Positions 49,928 through 60,656 are shown, counted from the first letter of the stretch. The stretch: 64,000 bases of DNA from an uncultured cyanobacterium (GCA_963793425.1 CAWCAG010000005.1:1632001-1696000); one strand, 5' to 3'. Notes: a model not told the origin generated them from the letters alone. Translations and numbers: made by a program.

Positions 49928-51070
49928 ATGCCGTCTATTACCTTTGATTTAGAAACGGTTACGCCTTTGTTTTTGGCTGGTGCAGATCAGCAAAAAGCTG
50001 AGTTACGCCCTCCTGCTTTTCGGGGTGCGTTGAGATATTGGTTTCGTGCGATCGCTGCTAGTATTACAGCAATGATTTAGAGAAAGTTGAAAAGTGGGAA
50101 AAGCATCTATTTTTGGGAGTACAATGAAACAAAGGAAGCGTCTAAAATTATCATGCGTCTTCTAAATAGTCCAGCAAGTCTTTTGTCCTAGAACATGAAT
50201 CTTCAGAAAAACCCGGTTTAAATTACCTATTGTTTTCTCTTACAAAATGAAAGAGGAAAGCTATTGATGCAGAGAACAGTTCACAGTGATTTTACAAACT
50301 CGTCACAAACTCCAACAGTATCGAAATTAATAGCAGTAGGGGCAATTGTGTTAATTAGTTTGGAGAATTGCTCTAGGTAATCGAGGTGGAGAATTTAGGG
50401 GTAAATGGGTTCTCAGAATAATGTAGAGATGGGTAGTCTTCTAGAGTTAAAGCATAACTCTGAAAGGTTAGATGAGAAGAAAGAACTTAAAAGGTATTAA
50501 ATCAATTTGACTATATCGAGGTTCATAAGCAAAAGACATAGAAATCCCAAACTCCAGTTCTCAATTAACACAATTCCAAAATAACTGTTGATATTGCTTA
50601 AATGTCAAGATGAAGGGACTATAGATTTTAATACTTTGACCGAGTATGAAATATTTAACCGTAATTTTTGTAAAAATTCTTGGTTGAGCAAGTCTTATGA
50701 CTAGCTAGTAAAAAACTGGTTAAAGCATAATCCTGAAAATATAAATACTCCAGAACCTCAAATCGAACGTGAACAAGACTGCTTTTGGAAAACCGATTAA
50801 TTTTATTTTACTTCATTAAATAAACCTCATCACAAAGCTTCGGAAAAGATACAGAATATAAATCGCTAGTCCTTCTCCTTTGCATATCAAATCATACCTC
50901 TCAGGTAGTAAAAATTTAGTTGTTGTTATTATTGCTTCAAAACACAACTGTTACCAAATAATTCCCGTTTAGTAATTGAAAAATGATAGAACTTGCTGCG
51001 AAGTACCCAATCAGACATTATTGACGAATTTATTGAAACATTTGGGAATTTGTGGAGGTGAATATTACCA
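49928..51070 (+). pseudogene. cmr1: Cmr1 (type III-B RAMP), heavily frameshifted
   Basis: MPSITFDLETVTPLFLAGADQQKAELRPPAFRGALRYWFRA, followed by many stops and indels over ~1 kb up to the cmr2 start. Confidence 0.8.
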
Positions 51071-53992
51071 TGAGTGATAAAGATTTTTGGTCACGCAAAA
51101 TAAATGCTTTACTTCATGATCCACCAGATAAAGCCTTTGATATTCCTAGACATGAACAACGTGTTCAACAATTAGCTAAAATCTCACAAATCTCTTTAGT
51201 AAAATAAGACTATAAAACTGCTGATCATCTTGCCTCTGCTGCTGATCGTCTTAACTTTCCCAGAAAATATAAAAGCAAACTTTACTCGTTTAACCCACCC
51301 TTTAGCTGGAGTAACTCTTAACCTGGAAAAAGGTAAACTATTTCCTAAATCTATAAACAAAAACTTCTTTAAAAATGCCATTAATCAGTCTTTAGAAAAT
51401 TTAGCTCCTCAAATCAAACAAGATCCTCAAAAACTTTTCCTCTGGTTATGGCGCAATTGGTCAGGAGAGATTCAAGAAACTTCAGGGAATCAGTTAGGTG
51501 TATTGTGGGATTTATTACCTGCTGATACTCGCATACCTGATCATTCTATTTGGGTACATCAAGCTTTAACAAGTGCGATCGCAGGAACTAAACCTACTGC
51601 CAAAGAACTTCCAAATCCGGCTTTTCTCCTCTTTTCTATTGGCCCAGTACAAGCCTTTATTAGTGCAGCGAGAAAAACTCAGGATTTATGGGCGGGGAGT
51701 TATTTACTCTCTTATCTTAATTGGGCAGCGATTGAAGTTATTGCTGAAGAAATTGGCCCGGATGCAGTGATTTTTCCTAACTTGTTGGGACAACCTTTAT
51801 GCGATCGCTGGTTAAAAAATACTCACAAAATTACTCCGGTAAATAGTTCACTCAATTTAGCCAAACTTACCTTACCAAGTATACCTAATCGTTTCTTGGC
51901 TATTGTTCCCGCTAAACGAGGAAAAGAATTAGCACAAGAAGCAGCAGAAAAAATGCGATTCCAGTGGCGAGAAATTGCGACAAAAGTACGGGAAGATTTG
52001 GAACTTAAACAAGTTTTGAATGGAAAAAATAAACCCAATTGGACAAAAACTTGGGAAAGACAAATAGAAAACGCTTTAACAACTTATTGGCAAATTTATC
52101 CCTGGCAGCTTAATAACAAACCAATTAAGGGAAAAGATTATCATAACTTTCTCAATCCTCATAAAGTTTATCTTAGCAATCGCTATGAAAAAACCAAAAG
52201 AATTTTAGATACTTATGTAGAAACAGGGAAATTTGTACCCAATTTAGGAGCAATTTACGGTGATCTCTACTTCATCACCGAAAAGGCTTTAGGTAGTCGC
52301 AAAGGAGTGAGAGATTTTCCTCAAGTAGAAGAAACGGGAGAAAAATCTACCTTGGGAGGCGATCGCGCCGCACTTTATGATGGCATTGATAATCAAGGGG
52401 ATCTTGCAGGTAATTTTGATAATGTTTCCCGCAAGCAAATTCGTAAGTTTTGGCGAGAGTTGGGGCAAAATCTACAAAAGCAAGGGCGATACGAACTCGA
52501 AAAAACAGGTAAAGAAAGACTTGATGCAGTAGAATTAACGAAGCGTTGTGCTTGGCGTTCCTACTTTGATAAGCAACCTGGTTTCGCTTCCACTAATTCA
52601 GATAAATCATTTCGTTTTCCCTCCACTAACAGCATTGCCAGTGCCAGCTTTAAAAAAGCAGTCTTAGAGTGTTTAGCAAAAGCAGAATGTGACTCTTTGT
52701 GGCAAGAATTAAAGGAATGGGTTGAAGTTGTTTATCCTTTAAGTAAAGGTAATCGTTCGGATAAAAACTCCTTCCCTCATTTAGCTAACCTTGTTGCTAA
52801 AATTACTGCCTTCCCAGACATCATCAACAAGTTTTTAAGTCTTGATGGCAGACTGCTATTTACAGAAACTTATGAACCACAACATTTTGATGAGTGGCAT
52901 GATGCAGATGAAGAGAAAATTAAAGAAGCAAAGAAACCATTACAAGACTTTCTCAAGGCTTGCACCCAAAAAGACATTGCCAAACCGCAGAAATACTTTG
53001 CTGTCCTTATGATGGATGGGGATGAAATGGGTAAATGGCTTGCCGGGGATAAAATGCCTGAGTATGAAAAAGTATTGCATCCTGACGTTAAAAAACAGTT
53101 GGAGGCACAAGGAGGTTGGCAGAAGATACTGGAAAGGCAGCGTCTTATCACTCCAGCAATTCATGGTTTTATTAGCAAAGCATTGGGAGACTTTTCCCTC
53201 AAATTGGTACGCCGCATTGTCGAAAATCGTTATCCTGGTAAACTAGTTTATGCTGGGGGAGATGATGTCTTGGCTTTAGTACCTTTAGACTTTGTTTTAG
53301 AAATTGCGAGGGAACTTCGTGCCGCTTTTTCAGGAGAAATAGATACAGGCATTGGTACAGAAGATGCAGGGGAGAAATTTACCGTTAAATTCGGTGATGC
53401 CTCTACTCGTTCTGGTTATTTGATGTTTAAAGCTGAGGAAGATCACCAAGTTCAATTATTAACCACAATGGGGTGCAAAGCAACAGCAAGTACAGGAATT
53501 GCGATCGCCCATCGTCTTGCCCCCCTAGACTTAACTTTACAAGAAGCCAGGAAAGCAGAGAAAACCGCCAAAAACGAGGAAGGTAGAAATGCTTTTAGGA
53601 TGACTTTCCTTAAACGCTCTGGTGAAGTGACCGAAGCTGGGGCAAAATGGATATATGACAATACCGATACCATAGCCACTTTGCATAAATTTCAACAACA
53701 TTTTGCTGATGGTTCAATTTCTGGGAAATTTGCTTACATCTTGCGGCAAGAAGCAGAAGTTTTAGCTAGCATCAAGATTCCTGCACTTTATCAAGCAGAA
53801 ATTAAACGTTTACTGCGACGACAACAGGGGAATAAAGACGAAAAGTTGGGACAAGAATTAGCACAAGATTTCGCAAACCTAGTTACCTGTGCAGATGCAG
53901 AAAAACAAGCATCATCCCCAGGTAAACTGCAAACCTTTGCTGACTTATTAATTTTTACCCATTTCCTAGCAACCGGAGAAGGAGAGGAGTAG
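51070..53992 (+). CDS. cmr2: Cas10/Cmr2; the HD-containing N-terminus is disrupted by a stop and a frameshift
   Basis: ATG at 51070 gives MSDKDFWSRKINALLHDPPDKA, then TAA at 51205-51207 and a frameshift near 51260. The rest is open: LPADTRIPDHSIW, IGPVQAFISAARKTQDLWAGSYLLS, MDGDEMG, YAGGDDV. Confidence 0.92.
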
Positions 53993-55173
53993 TGCAGCTT
54001 TTTATTGAACCCATAGATGTTTTACTATTTCGAGATGGCCGTCCCTTTTCTGCTGGGGAAAGCCACCGGGCTAGAAGTGTTTTCCCCCCTACTCCCAACA
54101 CCATACAAGGAATTATTCGTTCCCAAGTCTTAGCCCAACGTTGCGGCCGTTACCAACAATATCGCGATCGCTGTTTAAATTGTCCAGAGGAAGGAGAATG
54201 CAGCATTTCTGATGAAATTGGGCAGCCTGCAAACCTTAAAACCAATCAACCAGGGGACTTGGGTGAAATGCAATTAAAAGGGCCTTTAGTTGCTAAATAT
54301 CAACATAACCAACTTGAAACCTATTTTTTCCTTCCTAGAGATATTGTACAGGTTAAAGCTACTGCAAAACTAAAACTGCTGCAACCCCTCGATAAATCTT
54401 TACCAGGAAGCAACAATGCCCCTTCTCAACTTTTGCCCCTGTGGACAGCAAATACAGTAGAAAATCTGGATGGTTATCTTACTGGGCAGCAATTACAGCA
54501 ATACTTATGGGGAAAATGTCCAGAAGCAATTACCGAAGGAGATGAACTTTATCAAAGAGAATCTCGTTTAGGTATCGAGATTAACAACGCCAAGAAAATA
54601 ACTGAAGAAGGTAAACTCTATCAAACCGAATTTATTCGCTGCAAACCCCAAGTAGGATTGTATGTAGAAATCGAAGGCATTAAACAGCTTAGTGCCAATC
54701 CGCACACAACAGAAGGATTAGTTGCCGTCGGGGGAGAAAATCGCGTTGCTAGCTATCAACAACTGTCTAAAAGAGTTGATTTGTTGCAACTAAAAGAGGC
54801 ATTAAAAAAGAGACTTAATCAAGCTTTCAAGCTTTATCTCGCCACACCAACGGTTTTTAAAAAGGGTTGGTTGCCTGGTTGGATTGATATCACCACTTTA
54901 AAAGGGGAATACAAAGGAGTTGAAGTGAAACTTAAAGCTGCGGCAATCGATAAATATCAAACTATTGGCGGTTGGGATGTTGCCCACAATCGCCCCAAAC
55001 CTACCTATCGGGCTGTACCTGCGGGTTCAGTTTATTACTTTACAACTAATGCTTCTCCAGAAGAGATCATCAACGCTTTTCACTGGCAAAACTTAGCCGA
55101 TGAAGCTCAAGATAGGCAAATTGGTTACGGACTCAGTTTAGTCGGAACTTGGCATTATAGTAAACTTTCTTGA
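53992..55173 (+). CDS. cmr3: Cmr3 (Cas5-group RAMP)
   Basis: IEPIDVLLFRDGRPF, FPPTPNT, VGGENR, IGGWDVA..RPKP..RAVPAGSVYYF, QIGYG. Confidence 0.95.
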   Translation: MQLFIEPIDVLLFRDGRPFSAGESHRARSVFPPTPNTIQGIIRSQVLAQRCGRYQQYRDRCLNCPEEGECSISDEIGQPANLKTNQPGDLGEMQLKGPLVAKYQHNQLETYFFLPRDIVQVKATAKLKLLQPLDKSLPGSNNAPSQLLPLWTANTVENLDGYLTGQQLQQYLWGKCPEAITEGDELYQRESRLGIEINNAKKITEEGKLYQTEFIRCKPQVGLYVEIEGIKQLSANPHTTEGLVAVGGENRVASYQQLSKRVDLLQLKEALKKRLNQAFKLYLATPTVFKKGWLPGWIDITTLKGEYKGVEVKLKAAAIDKYQTIGGWDVAHNRPKPTYRAVPAGSVYYFTTNASPEEIINAFHWQNLADEAQDRQIGYGLSLVGTWHYSKLS

Positions 55174-55185
55174 GGGTATAAAATT

Positions 55186-55685
55186 ATGAAAACTATCATC
55201 ACAACCACTGGCACATCATTATTAAGCAACGCTAGGAAACCGAACGGAATCGCATCTCACAACTGCTTTTACCCCCCGATGCAGATAATGAAGTATTTCT
55301 TTCCGCAGCAGGAGAAATTCTTTGGCAGAAACTAGCACAACAGCGACAATTGGGGGAAATGATAGCAGATCCTCCTGCTTCAGAGATCCCCAACCAGGAT
55401 AAAATCAGTAATTCCTTAGAAGGGGTAAAGCATCACTATCCTAGAGGTACTAAAGAATTTGCTCAAAAAATTGCTCAATTGTCAGCAGTCGAAGAAATTA
55501 TTGGTGGTCATTTTGAGAATACAACCTCGAAGCGTATTAAGGGAGTTTCTGAAGATGGTACAATTCGTCTCTTGTGGGCTGACAACGAAAAAGCAACTAA
55601 CCTAACCATTCGTACCACAGCTAGAGGATCTGCCCAAACTTTGAGGTTTTGTGATCGCCACATTCGCCCTCTACTTGATAAGTAA
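55186..55685 (+). pseudogene. CRISPR-associated CARF protein (APE2256-like) with a central deletion
   Basis: ATG at 55186 gives MKTIITTTGTSLLSN (a CARF N-terminal motif), joined out of frame to VFLSAAGEILWQKL...KHHYPRG...LTIRTTARG. Confidence 0.7.
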
Positions 55686-55705
55686 ATGTCTATTCCTAAG
55701 CAAAT

Positions 55706-56627
55706 ATGTTTAAGCAAGCAAGATTACTTTTTCTCTATACAGAAACACCCCTCCACGTCGGTAGTGGTAGCAGTTTAGGTACTGTTGATTTACCTATTCA
55801 AAGAGAAAGTCATACCAATTTTCCGATGATTCAATCTACCGGAATTAAAGGCAAGTTACGCAATGTTTTTGAGAATAATGGATTAGGTAATGACGTTGAT
55901 GTTGTTAAAGTTGTTAACGCAATTTTTGGCTCAGAAAGTAGTAACGCAGGGGCTTTATCTCCCGGAGATGGACGTTTGCTATTATTTCCTGTACGTTCCT
56001 TAGCAGGAGTTTTTGCTTGGATAACTTGCCCTTTTGTAATTAGTCGTTTACAAAGAGATTTAGCTATTGCTAATCATAGCCAAACTTGGGAGATTCCTCA
56101 ACCAGAAAGTAACCAGGCTTATGTACCAGCAGGCAGTAAAGAAATTGTTTTAGAAGAATTTTGCTTTGAAACAAAAAGCGACCAGAATGATTAAAGCATT
56201 AGCGGAATGGTTAGCTGAAAATGCTTTACCACAAAGTAATGAATATGAATTTTGGCGTAACAAACTCAAAAAAGATTTAGTAGTTGTTAGCGATGATACC
56301 TTCAAAGATTTCTGTAAATTCAGTACTGATGTTGTCTCTCGCATCAAGTTAAACACAGAGACTAAAATCGCTGAAAATGGGTCATTATGGACAGAAGAAA
56401 ACTTACCTGCCGATGCCTTACTCTATACACCTTTATTCGCCTGCGATCCTCGCCAAAATGAAGTTATTGAGATTAAAGAGGAAGAATTAAATGCAGAACT
56501 AATTCTCGAACTGATGGAAAATAATTTTAGTGGCAAACGCCTACAATTGGGAGGCAATGAAACTGTTGGCAGGGGAATCGTTGCTACGACAATGATGGGA
56601 AAAAAGGAGGATAAAACAAATGGCTAA
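55706..56627 (+). CDS. cmr4: Cmr4 (Cas7-group RAMP), split by a frameshift near 56170-56194
   Basis: TPLHVGSGSSLGTVDLPIQRE, LLLFPVRSL, LWTEENLP and LQLGGNETVGRG are spread over two overlapping ORFs. Confidence 0.92.
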
Positions 56628-57159
56628 TGTACCTAAGAAATTAATACCACCACCGCAAAGAAATACTGAAATGGTAAACTCTCAAGCAGAAGTAACTACC
56701 AAAAAACCAGAATCTCAACCCCAAAAAACTACTGAAAATACCAAATCTCAATCAACTAATTGCAATCCCAGAGATTTAGATAGAAAGCGTGCTAAAATCG
56801 CTTGGGAAAACATCAAAGAAATTAAACAACAAAGTCCAGAACAACAAAAAAAGTACGGCACAATTGCTTATAAATTACCAACTTTAATTCAGGTTAATGG
56901 CTTAGCCCAAACCCTAGCCTTTCTCAAAGCCAAAGGAGAAACACATCATAAAAAAGCTTTAAAACACCTATCTGACTGGGTTTGTAAGCGTTTTCAATGG
57001 CACAACGATACAGACTTAAACGATACTGACTTATTGGGAAAGCTTTTGTTACAAAATACAGACACCCAACAATATCGCCTAGCAACAGCCGAAGCATTAG
57101 CCTTCCTGCAATGGTTGAAACGCTTCGCAGAAGCAGAATTAGAAAGAGAAGATAGTTAA
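56620..57159 (+). CDS. cmr5: Cmr5 (Cas11 small subunit)
   Basis: LDRKRAKIAW, KLPTLIQVNGLAQTLAFL, YRLATAEALAFLQWLKRFAEA. Confidence 0.93.
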   Translation: MANVPKKLIPPPQRNTEMVNSQAEVTTKKPESQPQKTTENTKSQSTNCNPRDLDRKRAKIAWENIKEIKQQSPEQQKKYGTIAYKLPTLIQVNGLAQTLAFLKAKGETHHKKALKHLSDWVCKRFQWHNDTDLNDTDLLGKLLLQNTDTQQYRLATAEALAFLQWLKRFAEAELEREDS

Positions 57160-57319
57160 AAAAGACCAATTTTGTGTTATAATTATTTCATCAGATAAAA
57201 ATGAATCTCAACTTTAGAAAAAAATATTTTGTTGGAGTGGGGCTGGGAGCTTTCCGAATTTTGATATGAGGACGGTAAACATCTAACCTGACCATTTTTT
57301 TTACGAAGACTACTGCTTA

Positions 57320-58129
57320 ATGACGAATTTCAACTATCCCTTACCTACACAAACCGAAGACAAATTTGTAGCAAGAAATCACCAATGTAGTAACTTAAGT
57401 CTGTGGCTAGATCGTTATGTCGGCTACGAAAAGAAATGGAAGCTTGACGAAGAAAACAAAAGTAAATTTCTCAAGAAAGTTGTTGATAAATTTAACTTTC
57501 CTAGTCAACTAATCTCCGCTTACCATCAACGTTGGCAAATAACCACTCAAAGCTTTTCCCACGCCCAACACTTTCAAGCCTCCCCAGAATGGCGTATGGC
57601 AGTCGGTTTAGGGCAAACTAGCATTCTCGAAACCAGTTTAACCCTAGACCGAATTACCGGGATTCCCCTCATTCCAGGAAGTGTGCTAAAAGGACTTGCT
57701 GCTACTTATGCAATGCTTGAAGAGTTAGAAGAAACAGAAAGAAAGAACATCGAAACTACTAAAAACCCGACAGATCAGCAAAAAGATTTCTTAGCAATCT
57801 TCGGTACAGAAAATAACACCGGCAAGATCGTTTTCTTTGATGCTGTTCCTACAAAATCTCCCATCTTAGAACTAGACATCATGAACAATCATTATCCCCA
57901 ATATTATCAAGGAGAAGAAGCACCAACTCCTTCCCAAAGTCCAAATCCTGTTTATTTCCTCACCTTGGGAAACCAAAGCGAATTTGCCTTTGCAGTAGCC
58001 AGAAGAGATAAAAACACCAAGCAAGAGTTAGTTAAAAAAGCTGCTAACTGGTTAAAACAAGGGTTAGAAACAATGGGAGTTGGCGCTAAAACTGCTGCTG
58101 GCTATGGCTATTTGCTTGAAACAAAATAG
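57320..58129 (+). CDS. cmr6: Cmr6 (RAMP)
   Basis: WRMAVGLG, GIPLIPGSVLKG, FFDAVP, DIMNNHY, PNPVYFL, GVGAKTAAGYG. Confidence 0.95.
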   Translation: MTNFNYPLPTQTEDKFVARNHQCSNLSLWLDRYVGYEKKWKLDEENKSKFLKKVVDKFNFPSQLISAYHQRWQITTQSFSHAQHFQASPEWRMAVGLGQTSILETSLTLDRITGIPLIPGSVLKGLAATYAMLEELEETERKNIETTKNPTDQQKDFLAIFGTENNTGKIVFFDAVPTKSPILELDIMNNHYPQYYQGEEAPTPSQSPNPVYFLTLGNQSEFAFAVARRDKNTKQELVKKAANWLKQGLETMGVGAKTAAGYGYLLETK

Positions 58130-58179
58130 CTTAAAAATAAAAAGAAGAATTAAGTAATATTAAAATTCAACGGTTATTT

Positions 58180-58314
58180 CTCTTGACAGGATAAAATATT
58201 CTTAGATAATGGGAATAGATGCGATTTTTTTGAACGGAGCCTACACTCTCCCTTAAAACATATTATCATTAAAGAAAAATAGAATCAAGAGAAAGATAAT
58301 CCTATTTTTCCCCC
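58180..58314 (+). promoter_or_regulatory. Leader-like element, copy B (candidate orphan CRISPR leader)
   Basis: TTGACA (58183-58188), 16 nt, GATAAT; TAGAATCAAGAGAAAGA at 58280. It is colinear with 10643-10763 and directly follows cmr6. Confidence 0.55.
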
Positions 58315-58347
58315 TCAATATAACTTCAAGCCAATTTGCAAAAGCAA

Positions 58348-58950
58348 TTAGTCACTAATCAAATGAAGCTTGATAAAATCCTCAATTTCCGTTAAACCTT
58401 GTCGGATCTTTAAATTAGTAAACACAAAAGGTTTCTCACCGCGCATCTTCTTAGCATCCCTGTCCATAACAGTTAAATCTGCTCCCACTAAAGGGGCGAG
58501 ATCAATTTTATTAATCACCAAAAGATCCGATTTGGTAATTCCTGGCCCACCTTTACGGGGAATTTTATCTCCTGCGGCCACATCAATAACATAAATAGTC
58601 AAATCTACCAATTCAGGACTAAAAGTAGCAGCGAGGTTATCACCACCACTTTCAAGAAAAACCAGGTCTAAGTTTTGAAAGTCTGTTTCTAACTGTTCAA
58701 TAGCGTTCAAATTCAGAGAAGCATCTTCACGAATAGCGGTATGGGGACAGCCTCCCGTTTCCACTCCTAGTATGCGATCGCTCTCTAAAGCTTGGGAACG
58801 TACTAAAAATTGAGCATCTTCTTGGGTATAAATATCATTAGTTACCACAGCAATTTGATAAGCCCCCCGCATGGCTTTACAAAGGGCATCCAATAAAGCT
58901 GTTTTACCTGAACCCACTGGCCCAGCAATACCAATACGAAATGCAGTCAT
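58348..58950 (-). CDS. ureG: Urease accessory GTPase
   Basis: [28 protein letters not shown]; likely start is the ATG at 58950. Confidence 0.97.
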   Translation of the reverse strand: MTAFRIGIAGPVGSGKTALLDALCKAMRGAYQIAVVTNDIYTQEDAQFLVRSQALESDRILGVETGGCPHTAIREDASLNLNAIEQLETDFQNLDLVFLESGGDNLAATFSPELVDLTIYVIDVAAGDKIPRKGGPGITKSDLLVINKIDLAPLVGADLTVMDRDAKKMRGEKPFVFTNLKIRQGLTEIEDFIKLHLISD

Positions 58951-59080
58951 AATTGAGTTAGCAGAAGAGATTCTATTTGTGAAGTTGTGGCATGACAATC
59001 AAGAATAGCAAAAACAACAAACCAATCCTAAAGGTATTTCTTAGACTAGAGGAGTTGAACGAAGAAAAGCCTATTTTAAC

Positions 59081-59113
59081 GTAGGTTGGGTTGCACCGAA
59101 GTAAAACCCAACA
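59081..59113 (+). repeat. REP-like palindrome with 5' GTAG
   Basis: GTAG followed by the stem gttgggtt (59085-59092) and its partner aacccaac (59105-59112). Confidence 0.65.
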
Positions 59114-59140
59114 AAAGCATTGCTAGGAGGCAACCAAATT

Positions 59141-59239
59141 ATGATCGCAGCAAAAGACAATTTCCCACAACTCACCCCAGAAGAGTATTTTGCTTGGGAA
59201 GAAAAGCAAACATCTACCATGAGGACTTTTTCTTACTAG
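59141..59239 (+). pseudogene. Uma2 remnant (N-terminus only, or centrally deleted)
   Basis: MIAAKDNFPQLTPEEYFAWEEKQ, then an abrupt break. Confidence 0.7.
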
Positions 59240-59278
59240 CCTCACTTAATAACCCATTGCCCAATCTCAGCAGCGCCA

Positions 59279-59965
59279 TCAACTCCGAAACAACCTCGTA
59301 TACTGAGTTTCATGAGCCATACTTGCTAAACTCAAGCCCCAACCGCAACTACACAAATCCTCATCTTTCAAAGCAATTATTTCTTGTGCTGTAGCGCTTA
59401 TTTGAGAATCAAGTTTAAATAACAATTGCTGACCTGTGGTTTGACCCAAAGGGATTAACTTAACCCCAACACCAATAAGATTAGTTGCCCAACTTTGTAA
59501 ATAACCAAGTATTGCTTCTTCAATGCTTATTTGCCAGTAAGCCACCCCAATTCCAAAGGCAATCCCGTAATTATGGGGCTTATTTAAACCAGAGATAACT
59601 TGTTGCCAAGTAGGAAGATTTTCATCTTGATTCGCAATAGGAATATCCCCTAACAATCGCATTAAAGTACTTCCCATTTGCCAACTTTGTTCGCGCAATT
59701 CTACACTTTCTTTACTGGCACTAAGCCATTTATGCCAATAGTTTAATTGGCATAAATCTCTTGCCACCAAACAGTTATAAGAGCGTAGCATCACCGCAGT
59801 TTCTAAACGAATAACTCCAAAAGCCAACTCTTGTCGTAACCAAGATTCTAGACTTTCTGGAGTTGAAATCGCGCCTTTTCCTACTAAATACTCTAATCCT
59901 TCAGAATAATTATAAGTACCCACAGGTAGGGCAGAACTAGCAAGTTGGAGAAGGCGTAATACCAT
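59279..59965 (-). CDS. ureF: Urease accessory protein
   Basis: LLQLASSALPVGTYNYSEGLE, ELREQSWQMG, KLIPLGQTTGQ, HETQYTRLFRS. Confidence 0.96.
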   Translation of the reverse strand: MVLRLLQLASSALPVGTYNYSEGLEYLVGKGAISTPESLESWLRQELAFGVIRLETAVMLRSYNCLVARDLCQLNYWHKWLSASKESVELREQSWQMGSTLMRLLGDIPIANQDENLPTWQQVISGLNKPHNYGIAFGIGVAYWQISIEEAILGYLQSWATNLIGVGVKLIPLGQTTGQQLLFKLDSQISATAQEIIALKDEDLCSCGWGLSLASMAHETQYTRLFRS

Positions 59966-59968
59966 AAA

Positions 59969-60045
59969 ATAATAGGTAATAGGTAATAGGTAATAGTATA
60001 TTTCAGAACTTATTACTTATTACTTATTACTTATTACTTAATAAA
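59969..60045. repeat. STRR heptamers (AATAGGT and TTATTAC)
   Basis: Tandem 7-mers. Similar arrays occur at ~36244-36275, ~44935-44970, ~46951-46988, ~48250-48320 and ~62395-62435. Confidence 0.85.
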
Positions 60046-60047
60046 AA

Positions 60048-60656
60048 TTAGGCCTTACGAGAGTAATACTCAACCACAAGTAGCTCATTGATTTGCAAAG
60101 CTATCCATTCGCGATCAACAACACCGTTAACCTTACCAGTCAAAGTATTCTTGTCAAACTCCAAATGACTAGCAATGTTAGCTAAACCCGGATATTCCAT
60201 ATTGGCTTCCACAAGCTTACGAGAAGCTGCTTTATCCTTAACGCTAATGACATCTCCGGGACGACATTGATAACTAGGAATGTTTAGTACTCTGCCATTA
60301 ACCGTAACATGGCCATGACTTACTAATTGTCGCGCTCCGGGAATTGTACCAGCCATTCCTAAACGGAAAACGGTATTATCCAGGCGCATTTCTAGTAATT
60401 GTAGTAAAGATTGTCCCGTAGAACCTGTAGCACGTCTGGCTTTACGAACATAGCTAATCAATTGCTTTTCCGTCACACCATAGTTGTAGCGTAGTTTTTG
60501 CTTTTCCTCTAAACGGATAGCATATTCTGAGCGCTTACGGCGTGCTTGGCCGTGTTCTCCTGGAGGATAAGCTCTACGGGCATTTTTGCGAGTTAAGCCT
60601 GGTAGTTCTCCTAGACGACGAATAACCCGCAAACGCGGGCCTCTATAACGAGACAT
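60048..60656 (-). CDS. rpsD: 30S ribosomal protein S4
   Basis: [36 protein letters not shown]. Confidence 0.98.
   Translation of the reverse strand: MSRYRGPRLRVIRRLGELPGLTRKNARRAYPPGEHGQARRKRSEYAIRLEEKQKLRYNYGVTEKQLISYVRKARRATGSTGQSLLQLLEMRLDNTVFRLGMAGTIPGARQLVSHGHVTVNGRVLNIPSYQCRPGDVISVKDKAASRKLVEANMEYPGLANIASHLEFDKNTLTGKVNGVVDREWIALQINELLVVEYYSRKA

Noticed and set aside
57165..57315. Possible gene remnant between cmr5 and cmr6
   Set aside because: All frames are short and contain no motif I can identify
49700..58400. CRISPR array near the cmr genes
   Set aside because: I found no repeat-spacer periodicity here or elsewhere in the window; only a leader-like segment and a possible half repeat
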